A stretch of DNA of 63,386 bases, the filler included, from Reticulomyxa filosa (lineage: Eukaryota > Protista > Foraminifera), in the NCBI GenBank assembly GCA_000512085.1. It is 19 parts of 19 records of this genome, joined end to end, with 100 filler letters (N's around TTAATTAATTAA, not from the genome) between each part and the next. Parts side by side here need not be neighbours in the genome. Positions count along the whole stretch, not along the records: positions 21,146 to 28,322 come from ASPP01016518.1; positions 28,423 to 37,878 come from ASPP01006826.1; positions 37,979 to 39,321 come from ASPP01039839.1; 16 more parts are not named here. The stretch is one strand, 5' to 3'. A program made the translations under genes and the position numbers. Position 1 is the stretch's first letter. Each line of letters opens with the position of its first letter. The notes beneath the pieces were generated by a model that was not told the DNA's origin, made no database searches, and saw only the letters and a list, made by a program, of their open reading frames with translations. Below, piece by piece: positions 25,876 to 39,111 of this stretch.

Positions 25876-26654
25876 ATGCGCTACTATCAGTGCGATTTGT
25901 ATCCAAGTGAGTCAAATAAGAGTTTGGAAGACTATGAAGAAGACATGACAGTGCAGAAGCGAGAAAGGGATTATGACAAAATGACCAAGCAAACGCAGGT
26001 GCAAGGAATGGGAGCATCAGACAGTATTTGTATAAAATGCTATGAGGATTTGGATAAGCCAGGCAATACAAATTCGAATGAAAGCAAAGCGCAAATAATT
26101 GGATATTTGATAATTGACAGTGCAAGCCAACAGGACTACATTTGCAAACAATGCTTAACAAGAGAGCGTGAAAATGAATATAAAAATACTTTGAGTAAAG
26201 AGTTTGAAATTGGCTTTTGTGTTTCCAAACATTGTCTCAATATCAATGATAGCAATTCAAAAAAAATTCCCATTCGAAAATACGGAAAACGTGTACTCGT
26301 GAAAGATTCTAGCCTTGGCCAAAACAGTTTGAGAGATTGTTGGCTGTTTTATTGCTGTTCTTGTTGGAAAAAGTTATTGTTTTATTATACGTGTGTTTGT
26401 GTGCAGTATACTTATGTAATGTATACGTATGCATGCTTGCATTTTGCTCAAAACAAACAAACAAACAAATCAAATTGGATCAAATAAAAAGGTATTGTGA
26501 GTTAGAATTAGATATGGAAAATTACATTCCAATTACGCCTTGGAAATATAAAAGATCTGTTTATGACACATCAGAGATGCCCCCTTTGCCGGTGGTACCC
26601 ACTGATGACTCTTTGGGTAACCGTACTGTCTTTTCGATTTTGATGTGCAGATGA
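25876..26654 (+). CDS. Hypothetical Cys-rich protein (two exons), possibly zinc-binding
   Basis: CIKC, CKQC, CVSKHC and CCSC pairs; the second exon begins near 26492 and ends MCR-stop. Confidence 0.45.
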
Positions 26655-27258
26655 ATGACTAATAATTTTGTTACTGTTGTTGTTGTTGCAATGCCTGCTC
26701 GCTGTGCAAGAGCTGCAGTCGAGTCGTGTCATTGACTTAATTCATGCTTTTTTTTTTTTTTTTTAAACGAAAGTATTCATTTTTTTCTTTTTTTGTCAGT
26801 TCAACTCAAATTGGCAGTTTTTATCGAGTTTGCAGTATCATGCTGTATTAAAAAAAAAAAAAAGGACCCCTTCTCTCTAGTTTTGAACAAAACAACCAAA
26901 CTTATGATTTCTGATTTTGAAGGAAATATTTTAAACGAGTTAATGAATTCATTTGGTTGACACACAATGTTGCATTATCGACAAGGAGCAAGACTCACAT
27001 TGTTGCAAAGCGCAGTTAAGCATTTACAAGTATAGTTTGGCACATTCGATTCAAATCAAAAGATTCCCACAGAAAGATTACTTTGTAAATAAGAAGCAAG
27101 GCAAGAAAAACAAATGCTGACAATTAAGATCTTTTTTTTTTAAAAAAAAAAAAAAAGAAGGAATAAGATAGTGCAGTGAAGTGGAAATAGAAAAAGTATG
27201 ATGAAACAAAAGCTTTGTTGTAAAAAAAGAAGAAAAAAAGAAAAGTAATTTTGCAAAG

Positions 27259-27419
27259 TTACTGTGGGACGACAGCGGAGGAAGAAGACTGAAAAGGTTT
27301 TGGAGAAATGAATTTGAGTTGGCGATCGGAAAGAAGTGGAGTCACTCCATGGATGGCAATTCTTCCATTGCCTGCACTTTTCGCACCTCGACACTCAATC
27401 AGGCCAAATGTATGCTGCA

Positions 27420-27456
<37 letters not shown>

Positions 27457-28322
27457 AGAAAACGATGACGAAGATAAGAATGGAGGCTTAACAAATTGAA
27501 TCAAAATGGAGCCTCCACTGCCATCACCAGAGAGATCTTCGCCATAAGTTCCATTGGAGAGAATAAAGCCTTGATTGACAAACTGCTGTTCCACCACGAT
27601 GTGAATGATGCCTCCGCCACTGCCTCCAGCGCTTCCTCGTGCGTTCCCTCCGCCACTGCCGTAGTGTATTTCCTTCAGTAATGACTCTTCTCCATACGTC
27701 TGGCCAAAGGTGTCACGCCTCCGCAGCTTCTGCAAAAGTCCGGAGTTGGGATCGGGATTGGAGTTGGCATTGGGATCGGAGTTGCCTCCAAAAGAGTTTG
27801 GAGGGGTTCCATAAGCAGCACTCCCTGCCTGTCCGGAGTCGGAGGACCTACCTTTGCCAAGACCTTGTCCACTGCGATGTCCCAAGCCGCTGCAATCGAT
27901 CCCGGAAGACTTGTCGGCGATCCATAAATGACTGCAGTGGAGCTTGAGATATCCCAATTCAAATGTTGACGCTCGCGCTGTCGATGATGACGACGAAGCT
28001 ATCGTCGTCAGACGCACGTTTTTGCCGAGCAAATACACTCCATACTTGAACCTGTTCCACTCATTGTTCTTCAATTGATGCGTCACATTACTCTCGGTTA
28101 TCAGCAGATAATTCTGACCATTCACCGCGTCGCTTATCTCGCCCAACACGTCGTTCAACATTTGTCCACACGTCAGTATCATCTTATCCAATCGCACTGT
28201 CTCCTTTTTATTATTATTCTCACTCTCTGCTTTACTCTCGCTTTCTTTGTCGCTATCTTCGTCTTGCTTCCTCTCCTTGCGCTTGTCCTTGTCCTTGTCC
28301 TTGCGCTTGTCCTTGTACTTGT
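27259..28322 (-). CDS. Glycine-rich GSGG-repeat domain protein, 5' partial
   Basis: IDCSGLG, TYG...YGSGGG..GGSGGGIIHI, GSGGSILI and GNGRIAI: the recurring GSGG/GGRI pattern. Confidence 0.7.
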
Positions 28323-28551
28323 NNNNNNNNNNNNNNNNNNNNNNNNNNNNNNNNNNNNNNNNNNNNTTAATTAATTAANNNNNNNNNNNNNNNNNNNNNN
28401 NNNNNNNNNNNNNNNNNNNNNNTGCGTTGTGCTCCTACGGCTAGAATGACCGACATTCGACATAGTATTTGCTACATTGTATACGACACATTATGCAATA
28501 AATAAATAAATATGTATATATCTATTTATTTATATGTATTATTATATAATA

Positions 28552-29291
28552 CCTGGTCCTTGGTGTTGCATACTCGCCAAGCGAGGTTCGACGTGATTGA
28601 TATTATTATTATTGTTGTTCGTGTTAATGGAATTAAAATGTACATTGGTATTGTTATTGACATTGACATTGCCATTGTAACTGTTATTGTTATAATTGTT
28701 ATTATTATTATTATTATTATTATTGTTATTACGATTATTATTATTATTATTATTATTATTGCTGCTAGCAATTGGGTATGTACTTTGTCTTTCAATTGGC
28801 GAGATTATTTGCACTGAGTTATCCCGAAAGTTGTGAACGCTGTGCTCGTCGTTATTCGACACTGTGACTGTGTCGACGGGCTGAGAAATGTTACTGTAAC
28901 CGCGAATATTGTCTCGAGGCGTGATAAACGCATTGACGCCCATTGCTGATACGGGGCCGTATCCACTCAAACTATTTCGTGACGATGGCGTTGGGGAATA
29001 GTTGTTAAGTGGTACCAAACTCCCCGCCGTCGAAGGCGCCACTGGTGAAGATACGTTGCCGCGGCGGTCCGTTACATTGTTTTGATTATAGTTGAGACCC
29101 AGGTTGTGGTACGCCGCCGTTGGTTGAGACCCCACGTAACTGATGTTCGCTGTTGCTAACATGTTATTCTCGACGTTTGGTGAGACATTCATTAACCCAC
29201 CATTTAGCTGAGTGTTATTCAGCATCAGGTTGGGGGAAAATGAAGGCGAAAATGACATTGAAGGAGAATACGAGCGGGAGCGAGTCGACAT
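28552..29291 (-). CDS. First exon of a Ser/Pro/Asn-rich low-complexity protein, 3' partial
   Basis: 249-aa ORF starting MSTRSRSYSPS, with poly-Asn and a donor CAG|GTATT near 28551. Confidence 0.6.
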
Positions 29292-29765
29292 GCTCTCTCA
29301 CTATTTATTAATTTATTCAATTTTACTCAATACCTTTTTTTTTTTTCTTTCCTCCTTGCTCAAGTTTCAAGAGGGTGGAAACGTCTTTCGCCTTTTATCC
29401 AGGCAGTTGTACGTGTAATTTTCGTTTTCAAAAATTTTTGTTGGATCAATATGAAAAAATTTTTTAGGAGAAGCAGACGCTGTTTTTTCGTTTGGTCTTT
29501 TCTTTATTGTATCTTTTAACTGTGCAAGAAGGAAAAACTACCAAATCAAAAGATCCTGTTGCAATTTGAAGGGAAAAAAAAGATTAAAGAAAAGAAAGAG
29601 AAAGATTCTTTTAAATAAACCTAAATTCAAAGGCTGTGACACTTGAAAGAAAGACCAATACTTACAAAAAAAAACTTTTGGCCAAGTTTTTGTTGATCAA
29701 GGGTAAGGGAAGAACTTTTCTTCTATCGTCATAATAATCATCAAAATAAATACAAATATCAAGAG

Positions 29766-31500
29766 ATGACCTCTTTAGATAGCCCAACAAAAAAGCAAGA
29801 GAAGTCAAGCAATTACCATGAGCGGACATATTTGGATCCTTCAGAGCAAATGTACCCGTTTTTTTATGAAATGCATTCATGGATATTGATGGCGTGTGTG
29901 GTAATTCCAATTTTGTATCTTGCATTTTTCAATGACATTAAGTTAAGCAAAAAAAAAAAAAAAAAAAGAGTATTAAATTCACAATTGTTAGATATTGTAC
30001 GATTTAAATCTTAAAAAAAAAAAAAAAAAAGAATAGGACTAACAAAAGAGCAGATAACAAAGAATCAAAAGGAAATAGGAACAATAGTAGGATTGATATG
30101 CTACGTAAGCTTATGTGTGGGAGTAATGGTATACCCAAACGGTCCATTTATCCGACCTCACCCAATATTTTGGCGTTTGGTGTTTGGCGTGTCATTACTT
30201 TACACATGTTTGATAATGGTGCTGGTGCTTTTGAATGTCGAAGATGCAAGACAACTACTTGCATTTTTCGATAGCTCATTAGGTCCATTTATTTATTTAT
30301 GTATTTATTTTTCCAATTTGTCTTACTACACATTAAAATGTAAATATATTCAAATATGAAATGAAAAATGTATAAAGGAGTACATTTCGAATTGCCATTG
30401 TACGCAGAGGACTGCTCATTGACATGGAAAAACTTTTCGAGTAAAATGGATCGATTTGTCGTGGCCCACTTTGCTGGATGGTTTGTCAAGGGTTTGTTGG
30501 TGAGACACCGATATATCCTCTGGTCGGTTTCTACCATTTGGGAGTTGTTGGAGTTGGCCACAGTCTATCATATCCCCAATTTTGGTGAATGTTGGTGGGA
30601 TAGGTATATTGAAACAAATTTAAAAAATATCTACATATTATATATATATATGTATATAATATGTATATAATATGTAGATATTTTTTAATCTTTTTTTTGT
30701 CAATGGACTTAGAAATTTATGGAAATTTCTTGGCCAATATCATTGTGTAAACAAAACAAAAAATAGTTGGATAATGGATTGGTTGGTATGCAATGGACTG
30801 GGAATAGAACTCGGATGCCGCGTCTGTGAGTATTTGGAACGAAGGGAGTTGAAATGGAGCTCGCTGCTATCATATCGAACGACGCGCGCGAAAATGTTTG
30901 CGTTTTTGAAGCAATTGACTCCGCGAGAGTGGATCCGTGTCGATTGGGAGGCCAGTCGCAGCATCAAGCGATATCTCCAAGTGCAAATCATCATAGCGGT
31001 GATCGCAATCATTGATTTCAATGCGTTTTTGTTGAAGCTGTATTTATGGATCCCCACCGAGCATTGGTTCAATATTTTCCGATGCGTCCTTTTCTTTTTC
31101 TTGTGCATCCCTGCCTTGCGACAGTACTACTTCTACATCACTGATCCCAATGTCCAAAGGATGGGTAGTTACACCTGGCTATGTGTAGTCTTGATCGTTT
31201 TGGAACTAGCTTTAGTTTGGAAAGCAGGATTGCGAGATACTCCCTCACCTCCATTGGTATTGTGTACATATATATATATAATACTAAATCTTTATTTGAA
31301 TAAAAGTATATACATATATAAATATAAGTATACAACGTATATGATATAAATAATTTTTTTTTTGGGGGGAATGTTGGTAGATCAATCAAATTGGACGAGC
31401 GATATTTTTCTTGTTCTATTTCGCCATTTCTTTTTTCTTGTTAAAAAATGGGAAAAACCCAAAGGAAAATCAACGGCGAAACCCAAAGCCAGAATAGAGT
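29766..31500 (+). CDS. PTDSS2: Phosphatidylserine synthase (base-exchange, PTDSS1/2 family), five exons
   Basis: NGPFIRPHPIFWR, YAEDCSLTWKN, DRFVVAHFAGWFVKGLLVR, WELLEL..HIPNFGECWWD.WIMDWLVCNGLGI, NAFLLKLYLWIP.EH and PALRQYY. The paralog assignment is tentative. Confidence 0.92.
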
Positions 31501-32040
31501 AACCTCAACTTTGTCCTCTCTTGCTTACATCAATGGTGACACATAAACAATGCTTTGTATAATTGCCTTGGAAATTTCAGGCGTTATCCTGGCCTCCTTT
31601 CTTCTTTCTTTGCTGTCGTCAATCAATTTAAACACATACTAACTCGCTCCTCCATTAGAATACAAAAATGCCTTACATTTGTGCAAATTCACAATATGCT
31701 ATTCACTAACTTATACAAACACAGACTGCAAAAAAAATGAGTTTACTGCAGCCCAAAAAAAATTTGCAATTGACTACTGCTCGATATTCAATAAACTCAA
31801 TTATTTTTGTGCCAATAATCGTATGCTGTAAAACAAACATAAAATGACTGTTTTTCGCTAAAAAAGATTAACTTTTGTGATTAAAAAGTAATCAAACTTT
31901 TAAAAAATGATGTTTCCTTTTTGTTTTAATCTGTGTATAGCCGGTAACCAAAAAAAAAGGATATACAAAATCTGTAGACGGAAGTAAGTCAAAAAGCTCA
32001 AGGCGACACGAGAATGAACTGAGCCAAATTACAGAGCGTA

Positions 32041-33550
32041 ATGTCCGAAATTCAAACACAACCATCAGATTTGGTGGACATAACGGCGACAGTGTTAGCC
32101 GGCTTGTCGTTAATAGGCGCCTTTTTTATCTTTATGTCGTATGTCGTTCATCCAAGACTTCGGACGTTTTCTTTTCGGTTTGTGTGAGTGAAAGACAGGC
32201 AGGATCCTATCTAGGGGGGGGTTGGGGGGAACAGTTGAAAAAGGAATTTTTTTGTAGGAGCTAATGAATCACTCTGTACACATATGTAAGCATATGTAAC
32301 AACTCCATACATTTGTATACATATATGTATGCAAAACGTGACATATATGGGGGGGGGGGGTGGAAAAAAAAAGCATATTTTTGTGGATGGCAATTTTCGA
32401 CGCAATGGTGGCATTAATGAGTATCTTCGGGCCATTAGGGCTGTTGAAGGAGCAAGGGAAGAACCACCTCTCATGGAAATGTCGTATGCAAGCAGTAGTA
32501 TTAAACTTTGGAATGTTCGGATCACATCTGTGGAATTTATGTTTCGGGTTTCATTTAATTCGTCTAGTTAATAAACTTTTCATTCAAAAAAAAAAAAAAA
32601 AAAAAGAAAAATGTAAATTATGCCTATACATTACTATTTCACTATATTACAAAAAAAGACAAGGGTAAATGCGAAATCGTACAAAATCAATAAGAACAGA
32701 TCATTCGTGTTGTACACATTATTTACAATATTGACATCGGGAGTGCTGACGATGTTGATGTCGATAATCAATATCGATGGCAATGCATTGCAAGACAAAA
32801 AAATGTATTTGGCTGGTGTCAACACCGACTTTTGGTGTTGGATCGACAACTCGGCATTGCTGGACAACCACAAGTACCAAATGGTATTTATCACATTTTT
32901 GATTGCCAATTGCACTTTACTGCTCATTTATATTTGCATGCGTCGCCAATTGAAACATCTTCAAAGTGTCCCTCTCCCTCTCAACCATCATTACTTATTG
33001 CATAATCGACGCGTCTTCCTACGAACCATTGCTGGCGGCTATTCTGCCTATTTGGCTGCCCCTTTTGTTGCTTATGCTCCTGCCAATTTCAATTGGCTTT
33101 GCACTCGTTTCAGTTTCGTTTTTCATTTGTTTATAATTTGTTATACTTATAACAAATTATAAATTAATGTGGTTATTACATGGAGAGGAAGAAAAACGAA
33201 TACGTATACTTGACTTTTTTTTTTTTTTTTTTTGTGTTTTTCTATCATTGTTACACAAAATGTTTATGTATGTGTATATACTTATACGTCTTTTTTATTT
33301 ATTGCTGTTGCTGTGTCGTCTTGAATTGACTCCAAATGGATGTCTCAAAGATTGGGAAACCATGGATCGTGTTCCCACTTGGTTCATTATCAGCGGATTA
33401 TTATTAGGGGTTCTGCATTTGCTTATGTTCACTTTGTTGCTACCTTTAGTTCGCCACAGTTGGGCTGATACGTGCCATTGTTGTGGGGACATCAAAAATA
33501 GAAAAAAATCTTTGCAAGACTCTGAGCTTCATTTTATGCAATTGTTGTGA
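32041..33550 (+). CDS. cAMP-receptor-like (Dictyostelium cAR/Crl, GCR1-type) 7TM GPCR, four exons
   Basis: TM1 LSLIGAFFIFMSY..LRTFSFRFV, in-frame intron 32184-32373, MAIFD, CRMQA, SHLWNLC, WCWI in extracellular loop 2, and further TM helices. Confidence 0.75.
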
Positions 33551-34306
33551 TTGTTTTTTTTTTTTTTGCTCTCGCTTTCTTCTTTTCTGCTAAGTAATTA
33601 CCTTGCCCATTCTGCAGAAAGATTAATAAAACAAACAAAAAAGTTTGTTTTCCTATTTTTTTGTTTTGTTTACTTTGTTTTCTCCTTTTTTTAATATTAG
33701 CATTGCATCAAAAAAAAATTGTTCTCTTGACCCATACTTTCCCAGTACGAAATTTACTTCTGCTGCTTCTTCCTATTTTAATGTGTAAAGGTTGCTTTTG
33801 GGAACGTTCGGAAAACTTATTATTCGCCAACTAGCAGCTTTCCATTGTTTATTTATATACCCATTTTGCAACAGCTTCCTGTTCATCTTTGAAGAGATAC
33901 TTGTTTTTTATTCCAAAAAAAATTGTGCAAAATGCTAATGAATAGAATATTCTGGGAACCTGGAGCCCGTCCCAATCTATTCGCTTTCGTCTTTCTTTCT
34001 TGTGAAACTTGCTAGAAAAAATATCTTTCTTATTAACTTCTACCTCAAAACAAACAGATTTTCACAAAGCGTTTTTTTAATGGCTAATCAGGACCATCAG
34101 ATGAATTTGCTCGGAGAAAATGAATTTCTTTTTAAAAACAAAGAGCCAGAACAACTTTAAAAAGCTTTAAGCATACTTACAAACATGCCTTGTCAAAAAA
34201 ATTTCAATTTCTCAAACACGAAAAGGGAAACTTTGATTGTGTGGATTGAAGGAGGAATATATTATCATTTTGTAGCCCTAATTGTACTTTTAAACGATAG
34301 AAAGAC

Positions 34307-35707
34307 ATGTTATCTCGTGAGTCGGGTTTGCGTTTGATATTGGGACAAAATAGTTGCCTGTTTAAGACAAATATAAGTTGGTTGCGTACAAACGTTTGTA
34401 CTGGTTTGAACGGACGTGTGTCGCCACTGCAATACAATTTACGAAATCAATTTTCCTTTAGTTTTCAATCTTCTCGAAACCAAAGAGTAGAAAATTATGA
34501 CGATTTCGAAGAAGAGTCGGTTCGTCAGCCGCGACGTGGGAGGATACTTGAATTTTCTAATATCCAATGGAACAAAGAGACGTTAATCCCTTTTCAAAAA
34601 CACTTTTATCAAGAGCACCCCGGTGTAGCCCGTCGAAATGTTGAAGAAGTCAATAAAATGCGAAGAGAAGCAAAAATGCTTGTTTTTGGGAACAATCTCC
34701 CAAAGCCATTTCAAAATTGGGAGGAAAGTGGAATTCCAGGTTTTTTTTTTTTTTTTTTTTACCAAAGGAGAGGGGGGAAAAAAAAATTCCAAGAGGGATA
34801 CCCTTTGGCAAGACCAGAAATTTCCAGAAATTTCTTGCATATTGGAGAGAAAAAAAAGTCTAACATTTATTTACATGTATGATTGTTGTTGAAATGCATT
34901 GTCAAAAAAAAAAAAAAAGAAAAATATTTGAAAAATCTACTGAAAATGGGGATAAACCAGCCAACGCCGATTCAGCAGCAAGGGATCCCATTGGCGTTGT
35001 CAGGGAACGACGTAGTCGGAATATCGCGCACCGGGAGTGGGAAGACATTAACGTACGTGTTGCCGTTGTTGGTGCACGTGGAAGCGCAGCCGGTAGTGCA
35101 ACAGGGGGACGGTCCAATCGGATTGATATTGGCGCCGACACGAGAGTTGGCACAGCAAATCAATAGCGAGATTGAAAAGTATGCAAAGGCAAATATTGAT
35201 ATAATATTGAAGCACACAGCTGTATACGGAGGTACCGATCGCAGCCAGCAAATAAGGAAATTGCAGACGTGGCCAGACATCCTTGTAGCAACTCCTGGAC
35301 GTTTGTTAGACTTGGCATCGGCAGGTATGACAAACTTTAAACGTACCACGTATCTGGTATTGGACGAGGCTGATCGCATGTTGCACATGGGGTTCCGAAG
35401 GGACTTGGAAAAAATTTTGAGCTACATTCGTCCGGATAAACAAGTACTCATGTGGAGTGCCACGTGGCCCCCGGAAATACAACAAATTGCACAGCAATTT
35501 ATGAAAAACCCTTTCGGAGTCCAATTGGCAGCACCGATCTGCACGCCAATGATCAAATCAATCAGAATTTCAAACTTCTCTCCCAACAGAATAAAGAAGG
35601 AGAGTTCCTTAATGACATTAAGGAGATCACAGCGCAAGAAAAAAAGTGCTTGGTGTTTGTCAATCAAAAGATTACTGCAGATATTTTGGAAGGAGTTTGG
35701 CTGATCG

Positions 35708-35741
<34 letters not shown>

Positions 35742-36187
35742 GGACTACCAATGCTACATATACATATATGTAACTTTTGTATAAACTTAAACATGTCCAT
35801 CTGTCTGGCTTGGTTTGTTAAAATATGAAAAATCAGTTTTTACAGAGACAGACTATCAACGCAAAAGCTATTCATGGAGACAAATCCCAAGCGGCGCGTG
35901 ACAAAATTATGAACGAATTTCGACACAACAAAACTCGTATTCTCATTGCAACCGATGTCGTCGCTAGGGGCATCGACGTCCAAGATATCGACGTCGTCTT
36001 AGTTTACGACTTCCCCAATAATGTCGAAGATTATGTTCATCGTATTGGACGAACTGCTCGTGGAGCAAAAAGTGGCGTTGCTCTTGCTTATTTGAAAAGA
36101 GGCGATATTGAAATGTGTGGCAATGCTCTGGCTTCTGTTTTGGCAAAGTCAGGCCAAACTATTCCTCCTTTTTTGGAACGACATTAA
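34307..36187 (+). CDS. DBP2: DEAD-box RNA helicase, DBP2/DDX5-like
   Basis: PFQKHFYQEHP, PTPIQ, TGSGKT, LAPTRELAQQ, ATPGRL, DEADRM, SAT, HGDKSQ, ARGID and YVHRIGRTARG. Introns at 34740-34919 and about 35696-35845; a 1-nt frame slip near 35523. Confidence 0.92.
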
Positions 36188-37481
36188 TGCACCTATATCT
36201 CCACGCGATAAAATAAAAAAACAACAATTTTTTGCAATTATTCCTACTGTGTGATTATTGTTGCTCCTCCCTTTCAGTTCTATCAACACTTTATTTTGTA
36301 CTTAAATTGCAATTGCCATTAAAAAAAATATTTCCCTTCTAAACTCGTTTATCAATTCACCAACTATCAAATTTTTTTTTATTGTTCAGCTGTTTAGGAA
36401 TTCGTCCTAGTTAGCACAAAGCGTGATACGGAGTTTCTTGTCTTGGAGCAAGATTTTAAACGAAAATCAATTACACAAAGAACAGTTACACAAAAACGAA
36501 AGAGAAGTTGTAGGGAAAAAAATTTTGTGCTTGAAATCTTGTCGCCAATAGGACCTTCTCCTACTTAACATAGAAATCAACGAACAATCAAGTGCTAGGC
36601 ATAATTACATCTCTATGGTCAAAGTAAAATTTTATGTTACGTCAATTCTACTTTGACAACGAAATTAATCTAACAAAATGCTAGCTCAAATGAGTTTTAT
36701 TTGTAAAATTTTATTTTCAAAAGATTTTGTGTGAAATGACGTATACTTTTCTGATGGGATCGGAATTATTACGTTATTAAAGTCGTGAGGGAAAATCGCG
36801 TAAATGTTTAAAAGAAAAATTTGCACAGAACTAATAAAGGACAACAAACACAAACAAGCCACATTAAAGAACACAATCAAGTACAATTGGCGGCCTTGCT
36901 TTCTTTTTAGAAATGTTTTAATCTGTACATACACCAAATAATTTTTTTAGAAACAAAAAAGGGGTAGTACATTCGTCTACAAGCGACATTGCGCAAATAA
37001 TCGCACATCCTCCAATGATAAATTTTTTTTAGGATGCGATATTAAACAAGAAGCTGTCGTCTCATTCAACCTTCTCCACGTAATTTCATTTTTTTAATGT
37101 ATCAACTTAACTTGTTTTTTTTGCACTCGCAACAGCGTGTTCCAAACAGGTTTTGAAAGGTTTGATCATTTTTTCAAGTGGTTTGTATTTAACTTAGGTT
37201 GCTTGAGACAAACCGCTGTTGCTCAAACTCTTTGACCATTATGACAACAAAAAATGGAGAAAAAAAAAAAAAGGATAATATAAAAAAAAAAATAGCTTTG
37301 TAAAATTATTTTCTTTATCACAAATCCGTCCAGTCATGTAAATTTTTAAAAAACAAATTATAACAAAATAACACATGTGTCAAGTAAAAAGAAAGCGTGT
37401 TTGGCTAAAAAAAGCTTTTTAAGTTCAAAATTCGGTCACTTTAAAAAGCACGATTATCCACTAGATCGTCAAGCATTCAAG

Positions 37482-37878
37482 ATGGATACAGGTGATATCA
37501 AAGTAGAACAATCCGCAGACGTGATTGATATAACACCATTTGAAGCTTTGCCTCCTGTACCTATTCCGTTTTTTGAAAGCCAGTTCATTGCCTATAAAAA
37601 CGAAATTCTCATCTGCGGAGGTCGATATAACAGATACTGTTACTCTTATCATACACTCAAGAGACAATACAAAGTTGTTTGTTTGTATCCAAATGCCATA
37701 CTAATTGGACATTGTGTAGTGAAATGGACGAATCCCAATAATCCAGATGAGATGACATTGTTGGGTTTTGGTGGATTATATCAACATACATTTCTGATGA
37801 AATATATTAGTGTTTGGGACGATGATGACAAAAAGGATGACAACAATAATAATAGCAATAATAATAGCAATAATAATA
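37482..37878 (+). CDS. Kelch-type beta-propeller protein, 3' partial
   Basis: EILICGG..NRYCYSYHTLK.QYK, GHCVVK, TLLGFGG and HTFLMKYISVW: the GG...Y...W Kelch pattern. Confidence 0.8.
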
Positions 37879-38721
37879 NNNNNNNNNNNNNNNNNNNNNN
37901 NNNNNNNNNNNNNNNNNNNNNNTTAATTAATTAANNNNNNNNNNNNNNNNNNNNNNNNNNNNNNNNNNNNNNNNNNNNAATTTTTTTGTTTTAATTTCTA
38001 GTTTACTCAAAATTATAGGAAACGTGCAATTTGAACGCACAAGAACGTACAATTATTATTTTTTTTGAAAATTCATTTCAAACAATTCTCATCAATAGTT
38101 TAAAACTCATTTCCAAAAATACAAAAGGAGGAACAAAAATTCAATGACTTTTACTTTTCATAATCCCCAGCCCTCAGGAGCGCTTTTCCTTTAAAATGTA
38201 ATTCAGTAAAGAAAATGCCCTGCTGTGTTTCTTACTTTTCTTTGTCAAGTCAAAACGTGTAAAAGAAGCTAGGTATATTGTAGACTTAATAAATAGAAAT
38301 TTTTTAAAATTTTTCCAAAGAGTCATTTACCAACTATGTTTTTTTTCCTAAAAGAAGATTCTACGAAAAACGTCACATAAAGGTTTTTTTGAAAAAGAAA
38401 TAGGATTTTTTTATCAAATATTCCTTATTTTTTTATATATCTCATTTATTTATTTCTGACACGATTTGAGAATAATTTTAATGAAAAACTGGACATAAAT
38501 AATTCCAGTTTCTCATAGAAAACTTCTTCAAACAAATTAAAGTGTTCTAATTTAACTAATTGTATTATCAAAATTATATTTATGTTTCAAAGAAACGTGA
38601 CTGATGAGTTCTTTTATTCAATTGCGTCCAATTTTTTTTTCTTTTTTCTTACCCTTGAGAAAAAAAAAAGTTCAATATCTTCCATTTTACGTCAAAAACA
38701 ATCTTAAGCAAAAAAAACAAA

Positions 38722-38914
38722 ATGACAACTCTTAGTAATGAGAAGCAAACTTCAACACAACTACTGTTGTAAGCTTTATTACGAGCTTCCAGAAAGTTTG
38801 GTGTTTTTTTATTGTATTTAATTTGTGATTCAAACAGTCTGAAGAAGAAAAAATTCAAGTAATCATACAACATTGGGTTCGAATATTGAAAATTAGGATG
38901 GATTCATGAGTTTG
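38722..38914 (+). pseudogene. Truncated 5' fragment of a WD40-family gene (left arm, frameshifted)
   Basis: MTTLSNEKQTSTQLL, a GT-AG intron, then SEEEKIQVIIQHWVRILKI and a small deletion before GWIHEF. Confidence 0.7.
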
Positions 38915-38915
38915 T

Positions 38916-39111
38916 CAAACTCATGAATCCATCCTGATTTAATTTTCAATATTCGAATCCAATGTTGTATGATCACTTGAATTTTTTCTTCGGACTGTTT
39001 TGATCACAAATTACATATAATAAAAAAGGCAACAGACTTTCTGAAGCTTGTAATAAAGCTTACCAACAGTAGTTGTGTTGAAGTTTGCTGCTCATTGTCA
39101 AGAGTTGTCAT
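38916..39111 (-). pseudogene. Truncated 5' fragment of a WD40-family gene (right arm)
   Basis: MTTLDNEQQTSTQLLL, a GTAAG intron, then SEEKIQVIIQHWIRILKIKSGWIHEFDKL, which runs into the opposite arm. Confidence 0.7.
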
